Shown here in pieces: positions 52,401-64,000 of a stretch of 64,000 nucleotides of DNA (position 1 is its first letter; each line of letters starts with the position of its first letter). The DNA comes from Trichoplax sp. H2 (lineage: Eukaryota): positions 1 to 64,000 of the forward strand of contig NOWV01000163.1 of the NCBI GenBank assembly GCA_003344405.1. The letters run 5' to 3'. Below the pieces are notes generated by a model. That model was not told the origin of the DNA. It made no database searches and saw only the letters and a program-made list of their open reading frames with translations. A program made the position numbers and the translations under genes.

Positions 52401-55400
52401 TATAGACGTTGTTGACGAAAAATAGTGATTATGTTGATTGAATTACGTGTCCGCTTTAGAGTCTTTTTTTACTTTAACCATGTATTAATGACGTAGTATC
52501 TAATATTAATCAAGGATAGTGTTAAAAAGTTAATATATTAATGTTACTTTTGTTGTTCTATTTAAGCTAACGATGTTTTTGATAAGAAGCTAGCTAATAT
52601 CATGATCAATTCAGTGTGGAGTGTTGCTGATGTAGCCGAGATCGATATAACAGTATAAATAATATTATTGCCCTAGGATATCTTCCCTAATGAATAGAAG
52701 TCGTTATTTAAGTAAACTAGTGTAATCTAGTTTATATTTTTAGAGGAGATAAATTAATTTACTTTAGCAAAACAACGGATCAAAGTAAATAGCTATCGAA
52801 TTTCTGCAACAAAAATGATGCTGATGATCTCTATCTGATTCACCATTTATTTAATTACTTCAATCTGTTGTCTTGTGTTATAAAATTAATGTCATCATCA
52901 GTGCTGTCTTCCTTGATCGAACATAATTAAATGTTACGCTAGAGTTATTTATATTTACGGCAGATTATAACAAATACACTGTAGTATTTTATTGAAATCA
53001 ATGTAAACATTTATGAATTTCAAATTACCATTTGGGTAGAGATTACAAAAATGATTTTAATTAAGTTGCTTTTAAGCCATCACGGAAATTTCGATAGCGT
53101 AAGTGGAATTGTTGCTTAACAAAAATTTTGTAACTCATATGAAAATTTATTATACCTTATGGTTAAACATTAAAATACAACAAACAGGATGACGGAGATG
53201 TTTAATCATTTTTCATCTTTCAATCTAACTATTAAATTTGATAGCGAACAGTTACTTTGATACTCCAGATCAGTGGTAGAAATGCTTGTAAACAATTTAA
53301 ATAAATCGTTATAGATTTCCTAACATTACGTAACTACAGAAATAACCCGAATTGATAGAGTTTAAGCCACACTATTTCTGCGACATAAAGTATATTAGAT
53401 AGGAAATAGATTGCGTGAGTGAGAGAAATTCGATGCTATTTATAGAAGCATTACAGAAATATTTTAAATTTTCTTTGGATAAGAATGTATTGAGCAATTT
53501 TAGTATTTTAAATTCTAGTTTAGAAGGAGAAAGATATAATCATCTCGATTATTCTTCAGAAGATGCAACAGTAATAGATTCGTTTGTAGTAATAACTGCA
53601 AAATCTGTTCTTAATCTATCGGCGAAGTTATAAAAATGGAAGTGTCCCGTAAGACTTCTTCGATAGACACATACCATTACCATCATTACTAGTCAAGAAA
53701 AACCTCTGATGGTGTTAGATTATGACTATCAAAGCTTGAAATTTCTTCCAAAATGAACATATTCTTGTCGTCCACACATAAATAATTATTTTATCTAATT
53801 ATATATACAGTGCTCTCATACTAGACTCACGAAAAGGTATGAAAGCGTTTATTTGCACGACATTAATTAGTTCTCATATTATAGATAAAGCTTAAATTTT
53901 GTTCATTAAAATCGGTAACTATTAAAATCAATATTTATCAAGAAATTAATGTAAAGACCTTAAGGATATACAAGCAGGATACTCAGTGTAAATCTGGCTT
54001 TACACCCTATACCATCTTAAGGCATAACAGCCTTACTTAATTTTCAACTTGAGTCTAATACAAAGACAGTCAAAGATTCACTGTAATCGTTTAATATATG
54101 CCGTACAGTAATATAGAAGAAGAGAAGGCGTAATTATAACGTACCCTTTCAATATTTAGATAGATTCCCATTTGTTACAATTTAATGTTGTAATTGTTTA
54201 CTACTAATAAAATTATTTATTTAAAGTTCATGAAACCGCTAGTATCGATTTATATTTCCGCTATAGAATAGCTCAAGTCAAACTGCTTAAAATAGCTTCG
54301 TTCGAAATTAAAACCAATAAGTCTAATTCACCTTTTCATAGGATGTATTAAATCTATTCTTAGTATCATCCTTCCTAATATCGTCTTACGGACACAGAAA
54401 GCGTTATTTTTTTACGTAATGGAATTAGAATTGAATAGCAAGTTGCTTTTTTCAGAGATTCATCGATGATATAAATTATTCGATTCCGAGAAAATGTGCT
54501 GTGAGATAATTTACCTTTGTTCGTAAGAACACTATTTAAAATTGCGCTCAGTTGCGGAACGCCTACTAATTTTAAATACATATTGAATTATATTACTTGT
54601 AAGAATATCATTATTGTGATTTATTGCCTAAATTACAATAAAGTAGAAAAATGGAATTATAGCAATTGATAAGAAGAGCTAAATTTAAACGGCATAAAAA
54701 TCAAAATAATTGAGCTCTGATTGCTTTGAAAAGAGTAGCGAAATGATACTGAAGATATACGATTACTTTTCTCTAATTTTATATCCATTCTTCCTTCTTT
54801 CCAATCTCAGTAGTGTCTATTAAACAGTAGGCCAGAAAGACGTTGATAAGCAGTGTATATCTTTATGTAACGAAGCTGTCTTCTGAAGTGTTTCTAAATT
54901 CTGTTTAAAAAGATCTTACGTTTTTCGTTAGCATTAAATGAACATGACAAGGACAGAGAGAAATTTCTCTCTTAACTCCTTAGATTCTAATTTTATAGGC
55001 TATTCTATTATTTGCCTATTCACCATTTTCTCAGCAATTCCATTATTATCTCGTCACTAATAATTAAAAAATATAGCTATTTCATAAACTATTTGCTTAT
55101 AAAACTATTATTTCTCTTTATTACTAGAACGTTACAGTAGTTGGTATAATTTATAGCTCTACAATTCTTAAAAAATAGAAAGATCTTCTATTTGATTGTA
55201 GTGTATTACCAACTTATGCCAATATCGAAAGTCAAATGAATTAATAGGAAGTAACATTTCTTGTATGCGATAGCAACGGCTTCATATTAAAAGAAAATTT
55301 TTATTTGATATGCTAATTAACATTATTGGAGATAATCTATTTTCCAATAGAGTACCTCTATAATCAACTGATTATATTCACAATTTATTGCTAAATGAAT

Positions 55401-57809
55401 TTTTCTCACTTTTGATTTCAATTTAATTCGAATGAATGAGTTATATTTCGTATGTGATTTTTACTTAAACAATCAATCATATTGAATGATATAACCCAAA
55501 TGATAAATTGCAGAAATATTTTTATGGTTCGTATAGTTAAAAATTTGGTAAAGACAGGAGAACACTAATCCAAGAAGAAATCTACTTCCGATAGACTTAT
55601 TGAAACTACGATAAAAACCAAAGTTTTAATGGATTGTCGTTTTTATACAATCAACTAATATTGAGTCGATTAATTGCATTCTTCTTATGAGATTGGATGC
55701 GTCGATTTAGATTTCATTTTAATTGATCATTGACGCGGAAAGGTAATTTTAAATTACCTCTATTTCTTTTGACATCTATCCTGACCAGCAGGACGTATGC
55801 ATTTGTGACCGACTGCGACTTTATTCAAATATCAGAAAGTAGCTGGCATTAATGACTTCGATAACAGCCGTAATGCCATCAGAAACTAAATCTTTCTACA
55901 CTACCTTCAATAGCTTATGTTGATCCTTATTCATTGTTCAATAAATTAAAGCGCAGTTGTAATGTGAAGTCAAATATTAATGTTAGATAACCAGTTGCAA
56001 TAATACGTATAAAATAATTTTGTCGTAGTAATTGTTACATTATTTGTAGTAACCTGACATTATACTGCTAATATATTACACTAATTAATCGATAATAAGG
56101 GTAAAGGTTGCAAATACCTTACGCAAAAGGAATATCGCTGATATTTGCAATGATTAAATATTAAATTTAATCATGTTGATATTAATATTGATTTATAATC
56201 ATTGACATGTAGAATTAAACTTGACTAACTACTTTATGTCAATAGTACTATTGGGCAGTCTTAACTCTCTGGCTACAGTTGTAGATTCACAAAAAATATT
56301 TTAACTGAGTGACTATCATTTCCATCATCACGTCGTTCAACTTTCCGCAAACAGTGTATTTGTTTCTTACTATCAGTTGTTTAGCTACGCAAAAGTCAAT
56401 AGAGTTTTATCGATAAGATAGCGAAAAGGTCATGAATAGACTATTATAGCATGAAATCATTATAATTTCTAATATCAAGTCATATTAAATTCTTCCTGTA
56501 ATCGTTTAGCTACTCTGCATTTTACAATAGCTTTTCTGTGTAATAGGAAATTTTTAATAACTATTTCAAGCATAGCGATGTCATGATTTCCTTCCTGGTA
56601 AATTTTAACTTTAGGTAAAATCGATTGCTGCTGATAGCAATTTATCTGGTTTGAAAATTTAAAAGAATACGTTTATTTGCAGATGCATATCATATTGAAA
56701 AAAAAACTTATATATGTATGCCTTATTTTACAGCGATAGTCCAAATTTTTTATTCTAGATATCTTAACTTTAATTAACGTTAAACTCTTAGGGTACTATA
56801 CACTTTACTAAGTCAAATTTATTTCAAAATTTTTATTTGATACGGAAAGCAATTAATATATAATAGCTTTATTGCCAGGAAAGCCTTGATTTACTTAGCA
56901 GAGTATCCAATTCTTTGTGCTAACGTATTCATTTATTTAATGGCGAGATCATTGTTTCTATTATTGAATTGTCATTAAAAGCGTATTTAGTAATAATTTT
57001 TCTTAGAAAAAGAATCCTAATCTATCTACCATCTGCTCAGAATTACTTGAAAAGGGGCGCGTCTTGACAAGCTTAAGAACATTACATCAGCCATGACAGT
57101 GCCAAAATATTACTATGTTAGGCCGGACTACTTTAGTTTTTAATCTTAAATATCAAGAGAATTTTAATTGCTTGTGATGTCAGGATGTTATTAATCGATT
57201 CCTAGGATTGACCATAACAAAGACACTAACGATTTTATCCTAAAATTTATCTTACAATTCTACTATTTACTTAGCACCAATTCTAATACCAGCTTGTCTA
57301 TTTACTACTTCAAAGTGATTAAAGAATGCTAGTTCATATTCGGCATTCTAATGATAGTTAATTTAGTTACCTTAAAATCTTTATTACAGCAGGTTGTAGG
57401 TTACTTTATTTAAAGCGCGAGAGTCGAATAGCTACTTTTTGAGGAACTTCCTTCCGGATTTGCTTCCAGACTGATTGTTACCTAAAGCTCAAGAAGCAAG
57501 CAAATATCCTAACTTCAACGATAGATAAATTCAAAATTCGTATAAGAATTAAAACACGTTTAAATACTGCAACACTAATGGGCGACCGATTGATCAAATG
57601 AATTAATACATTATAAAATTCGGTGTTCTTCAATGGTGATATATCCAGGTAATAAAACCAGCTGGATCTACTAGAAAATAATAAATAGTAACGTTTTTTT
57701 TGAAATATGATATCCTATTTTGAGCAGCACACTGTTGGCATCGAAATAAACTCTGTCGTATGAAATCTAATTATCAATGTTAACATGAAACAAAATTCTG
57801 TGTGGTTGA

Positions 57810-59460
57810 TATCGATTTAAGAGATCTCAAAAAATGAGCAGATACTATCTGCCGAAAATACACCCCTTTATCTGCTCAAAATTACAACACTTTATTAGAT
57901 TTAGTTAGTATCTAGCGAATGCTCATAATCATGGTAAGAATACAGTAAATGATTGATTATCACTATTATTTTAATATCTAATGGACATATGTCACAAAAA
58001 AGCTTTGCAACAAGACAACGTAATATACGATTAATAAGTCAATTCCTTGAACAACGTATCAAGGAACGATATCTGCACTATCACAAACACTTTTGCTCTA
58101 CTAGCAGACTACACAAAGACTTGAACGCCTCGTATTTTACGTTGAACACTAAGTTTGAGAATCTTCTTTATTACACGATATACTGCATTTATATACTCTT
58201 CCTTAATAGTTCATGAGTCATAGTTAATACAATTAACATTGGAATCATTTACTGAATTATATAATAATTTTAGCTACTGCTCCCTTAATGCAGACAACAG
58301 TATTTACGAACATAGTCATGTAATGACTAATACAGAATAGTTAGATTACGATATGTCCTATCACGGAGCATTTCCATGATAAGTTACAATCTACCATAAG
58401 TAAATTACAATCACAATGATTGGAACTGTAAGTAGATGGTTTGCATTCCCTATTATAACTATTAATTTCAGTACGTGTATATGTGTCTCTGTCATAAAAA
58501 GTCAATGCTATATTGAAACACAGTATATCCGAATTAGAAGTTAACTAAATAAGGATAGGCTAACAAAATTATCCTAACATAGATATTTCTACTCTAATAC
58601 AGTACATAACACTGTCACAACATATTAAATTTTTTGGTGACAGAAGGCATCGCTAGACATCGATTTTAGTGCCAGATTGTTGTCAAAGGAAGTACAAAAG
58701 GCCGATCTTCCGTCTAATAGATTCGTTATATTTCGCATCTTTAAGACAAATTTTTGGTCATCCACCGCGTGCAGTAACTATGTGCCTCTCGCGAATTCTA
58801 ATTAGATATTACTTCATAATGGAACGAAAAGATTAGTCGTTCAGTAGATACCTCAAATGAAGCCCAGAGAATGCCTATTAATCGCCACTGTGAGACTATT
58901 CGATAGATAATTTTCAACCATAATAAGATAATGACTAGTACTGCCTTGAAGATCCTAAATACATTAGTTAGGCGATCTTTTTCGGGGCTTATATTGATTT
59001 AAGAGTTTTCAAAAAATGGACGGTTGCCATCAGCGTAAAAATGCTTTCCTTTATCAGCTCAAATTTGAAATGTTTCATAAGCTTAAAGGTAGTATCGAAC
59101 GAATATTTTTGATCAACGGTCAGAATACTCTAAACGAATGATTTCACTATCGCTTTAATGTCAAATGGATACGTTAAATTTTTCCTTGATAGAAGGCACT
59201 ACTAAACATTATCGTTTTAGTGGCAGCTCATTTTTCTGGTAAGTGAGAAAAGCTCATCTTCCGTATACAACATTACTTATGTTTTACACAATTTAGACAC
59301 ATCTTTGATCATCTTCCGGGTGAAGAGTAACTACAGTATATATCTCTCTTGACCTTGTAATTATATATCACTTCATAATATAACGAAAAGATTAGTAGAT
59401 CATTAGATATCTCAGACCAAGTGGAGAGGATACCTAGTTAATTGATCACCACTGTTAGAC
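57810..59460. repeat. Diverged local duplications
   Basis: 57810-57990 resembles 58993-59170 (gatttaagag…caaaaaatg…tttatc-gctcaaa), and 58740-58900 resembles 59290-59460 (acttcataat…aacgaaaagattagt…ccactgt-agact). Confidence 0.7.
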
Positions 59461-62400
59461 TGAAAGAGTGCCGACAGTAAAGCTATAACTAACACGGAAT
59501 TGGAGATTCTAACTAGGTTACTTAAGCAACCTATTTGAAACTGCTAGGGCTCAGTAATATCCATTCCTGCTAAAGGTAATGATTAGCTAGGACTTATTAC
59601 GACGACGACAAACCCAGTTACTGCAGATATAACCTTCGTTATTAAATTAAAATCCTTTATATTAGGATGATACTGTATAATAGACTGACCTATCGTAATA
59701 ATTGGGGTTATCAATTTAAAATTTTTTTTTCATTGTTATATTCATTATTTATCCTCAGTCTAAATTAGATGGTCTTACATAGTGAAATTGCACTGAAATT
59801 TCAAATAGATTAAAAGATTAGGGTATCATTTAAAATAATCATAAATCCGCATTTAATTACTTTTAAAATTGCTGATTTCCAAGAAATTCCCTGGAATCTT
59901 CCAGATTAAATATAAGGTTCAAAAGCGTAATAAAATCAACTTTAATAATTCCCTAAGGGAAGCTAACAACATAGATGCTTGTATTGTTCAATAATTAGCT
60001 GATGCTTATTGTCATTTACTGTGTTAACTAAATGTCATATGTTTGATAGAGAATATCTATTAAGCAAGGGATGGCTATGGTAGTAAGAGCTATACAAGTT
60101 ACTGTAATTTAGGCTTCCCTCGATCCCATGAAGAAAAGTCTATTCTATCCTTCAAACAATTAAAAAATAGGCAATATAGGATAGGCTTACTTACATTCTT
60201 GGAATCAGCGATAGAATACAATTTCTCCAACGGGGTTAGAATATCGTTCCAAGTCGTGAAATATGTAATAATCGCAAGTAAAAATGTCAATTGAGTCTAT
60301 AATTAATAATTATAGAAAATGCTGTCGTAATTGTTTAGTCAAATAACCTTCCAAATAGTCACATTGTTCAATAAGAAAGAAAAATTGTATAATTAAACCT
60401 TTATTAGGTTACGTATAGTATGCGGTAACTAAGTAGGGTGCGTAAAGGAATGCCCAATTTTCATTTTGATTAATCACGTTTGGATGCCTACAAAGTTGAA
60501 CACCGTGAATTCAGTCAGACTAGGCCTAGGTTTCTAGTTAAAATTTATTTTCCTTACATAATTACTTTTGTTTATTACTGATGGTGGAGTGAAGTCAAAT
60601 TTAAAGTATTTTATGCTCAATATATATTCTTTAAACGCTAGCATTAAGAATCTTAACAAGAATCTTTACTTGGCAAAAATAGTTGTTATAAAAATACCGA
60701 TCTTCTAATAGAGCACTTTTTTCTTCAGAGCTCTTTGTTATTAATCAGTAATATTCATGATGAAAACTATATTCCTGCTCTTCCGCAATCGATAAAGAAA
60801 ATATCAGATGACATGCTTTAAAATAAATAATTATCTATTCAAATTAATATTTATAAGTATTGCTGATTTATGATGCAAGCCTAAAATTAGCTTAAGATTA
60901 ATGACTCAGTATACGAATTAATTTTTAATATAAAGCAAAGTTTTGGAAGAAATGTAATTTTACTACAATATTTTAAATCGCATCAAATATTTGAAGCCAT
61001 AATGATCAATTCTGATTGCCTTTTACCCATTTAATAAAAATTCATGATGCTGATAATCATAATCCACGAAAAGAATTTATTTTAAATATTTAATCTATCT
61101 GTAACTAGTAATCAGATATTTTTAAACTAAACCAATGTATAATTAATTTCTAATGGCTAAGTGGCGAGTCTATGTGTATGATATACAAATATGAATATCT
61201 TGTTTTATTCCGCCGAAAAACAGCAAGGTCATTAACTAAAATGTGCGCAATGAAATGTGGTTCTCTACTGCCAAGAAATTTTACGCAGTGGGTATTTTAG
61301 AGTTATCGTCAAATAATCATGATTGGAGTTTATCTAAGCTATTACGTATTGTTGCATAAATAACAGTGTCTTTCAATGATGTTGAAAGTATACTATTTAA
61401 ATTACGATAATTATTAATCATGTTCCGGTCATTCCGAATGAGTATCCGAAATGCTTTACGTGTGCCTGCTATACTTATAAAATTAATGGATTTCTAATAA
61501 AATTTGAGTTTTACGCTACAGTGTAGGCTAGAAGAACATAGCTTATGTATTCTCTATCTGATAGAAGATGATCAGTATTTTATGTAAGTGGATAAATATC
61601 GATGACGAGGACAAGCCTATTAGCTAGCTCGTAATCATAATTTCTCGTCACAAACCTAGGTTGTTAACTTTCTTTCATAATGAAAATCCCTATAGTGTTT
61701 GCAGTCACTAAATGAAATACAAAACTCGTATATTATAAGCGATCTGCTGTTTAAAAATATCTTTAAGCAACGATTAGCAAGGAATATTTACGTAATAAAG
61801 CAAGTGTTATTTCGGCCAACTTCTCTACTAGTCTAAAGAATCGAATTAAAGCTGAAATTAGTCGGTTTATAGATACGAAATGTATGAAAGCGAATTTATA
61901 CTGTAAATAAGTGCTTCGGGTATTGCATATAAAGCGATGATTATGCAAAGTGTAATATCAATAATGCTTATTAAAGGATTTAAAAGTCCATTAAAGAACC
62001 AGATTTTCTCTATAATTAGTCTTTATAGGGATACAAAATATAAGGCAGAGTAACTACAGTTTTAATAAATACTTCTGTGCATTAAACTTGTAAGAGTTGG
62101 TAGATAAGCAATATAGTATTGATTCATATTGAATACTAGGTATTTATATAAGTCGATAATAGTCGATAAGAAGCCGATTAAATTAGCTATTAAATAATCG
62201 TTTCGCTTATCCTCGATGTGAAGTACAGCAGTCACTTTAATAAACATCGAATTGCCCAGTTTAGTTAAATTAACCAGACTACTGAATTCTATCAAAACGG
62301 TAATAATCATAATTTTCTTCGCTTGTAAGAGTAACATAGTGTGATGACTTTCAATATAGCTGATGCCAAATGCAAATAATTTAGACATTAAGTGATTTAC

Positions 62401-64000
62401 AGTAAAAATTTTTGACATTTGTTCATTCGTAAAAGTCAATGTGTTCAAACTTTGTGGCTATAAATATTTTAAGAATACTGACGCATACCAATAAGCAAGA
62501 TAAAAACAATATTACAAAATCTAAGGTATCATTTTTATTTACCATTAATTTATTGTCGGAATAATTTTTACTCACTTCTATTACTTAACGACTAACTTTA
62601 TTGATGCTCATGCTTACATATGCTACCAACTATGACATATTTACTTTGATTAGGCTTGTTCTCTATAGAAATATACTCTAATTATTAAGCTCTGCTTGTT
62701 GCCATTGTAAAATTGTGACGACCAACAATAACCAGTTAATCAAAAATTCCTGGAACGATTGCATTATCTGTTAATCTTTGTTCTTTTAGTAGTCGTATAA
62801 TAGAAACAATGCTATTGTTACAATTGAAATTGCTTATTTCTTAATGATCGTCATTATCATTTTGATTATATTACATGATTCTATTATAATAGCTAATTCA
62901 CCTAGGCAAAGGTCTTTCTATAGTTAGCAATAAAAAAAATTATAATGGATTTTGATATTGTAATTATGATTGGATCTGGTTAAGTTAAAGGAAACTACAT
63001 GAATATCTATATAATAAAATGATAACATTAGTTGCCTCATAGACTGCCTTCCATGCAGTCTATTTCAGTCCAATTTTGATTCTATTAGTCTGATTCTATT
63101 TGTTATGATCACTTTATCGATAGCAGCGCATAATAGGCTTGATTAAGATTTCTACAGTCTAAACTATAAGCAGAAATGATAGAATATGAAACATCTGCCG
63201 GATACTTATTATCTTTATATGTAATTAATTTTTATAAATGTACAGTTTATAACCGTGATAGCGTATCCTTAGTAACACTTTACTCTTAGAAATGTCTAAG
63301 GGTGTCGTGATGCTAGAGTATATCAAACCAGTATGATTGTATTCTATGTCACATGATATCTTAATTAAATATCAGTTGGATGATCAAATTTCTTGATATA
63401 CAGATTACTCTTTCTATGCTGATGTTGAATTAAAGCTAGGAGAAGCTATTTTACTGTTGCTAAATTGTTATTGTTTTAGATTTTAGCTAGATCTTAGCCA
63501 GTATTAATTCCATTTATTTATTATATATTAAAGTGTCAAGTTGCATTTCTTAGAATTCACCATAATTTTACGGTTAGCGAATTGAACTAAGATTTTATTG
63601 ATCAAGAATTTAATTCTTTAGGAATCTAGTATATTTCGATAAGAATCTAGAATCTGTTACAAAACTTATCAGTTAGGTAAGTGGTATTATTAATTAAATA
63701 TTATCACGATCGGAAACTGATTAATTATTTAATTTGATAGTTATAATTTTGATTTTATTTCTGAATGCTATTAATGAAAATTTTATAGCATAATTTTTAT
63801 GGATTTGTGTTATAGTAATGAAAATCTTCCTACTGACTAACTTTAATTGATAAATGATGACGTTTATATGGATAATCGCATGTTGTAACTTTATGAAATT
63901 CTACAGTAGCCTTTTAAACCGAGTAAAAATGAAAAATCAACTTGAGTTTGTCAACTCTAGCTTATCCAATTCTAGTGAACGTGGGGGTACAATGAGTAAA

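Overview
AT-rich, intron-containing animal genomic DNA. The short GT-AG introns, compact genes and gene style suggest a placozoan such as Trichoplax (inference, not shown). Left to right: (1) a divergent pair of intronless genes encoding an unusual helical N-terminus + J-domain-like HPD segment + glycine-zipper hydrophobic hairpin + TPR + patatin phospholipase protein. Copy A (minus strand, 7383-2719) is one uninterrupted reading frame broken only by two in-frame stops. Copy B (plus strand) is a decayed pseudogene with an internal deletion and an oppositely oriented N-terminal piece. (2) A multi-exon CLC-3/4/5-type Cl-/H+ exchanger with a probable U12-type intron. (3) A tandem array of four thioredoxins (three intact, one pseudogene) plus an orphan copy of their promoter block. 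(4) A 20-N assembly gap. (5) A YIPF5/Yip1 gene with a duplicated upstream region. (6) A ~490-bp degenerate tandem repeat that may be decayed LRR coding sequence. (7) A small secreted, neuropeptide-precursor-like gene. (8) About 14 kb of gene-poor DNA with diverged duplications and faint LRR-like remnants. I saw no rRNA, tRNA, CRISPR array or recognisable transposase.
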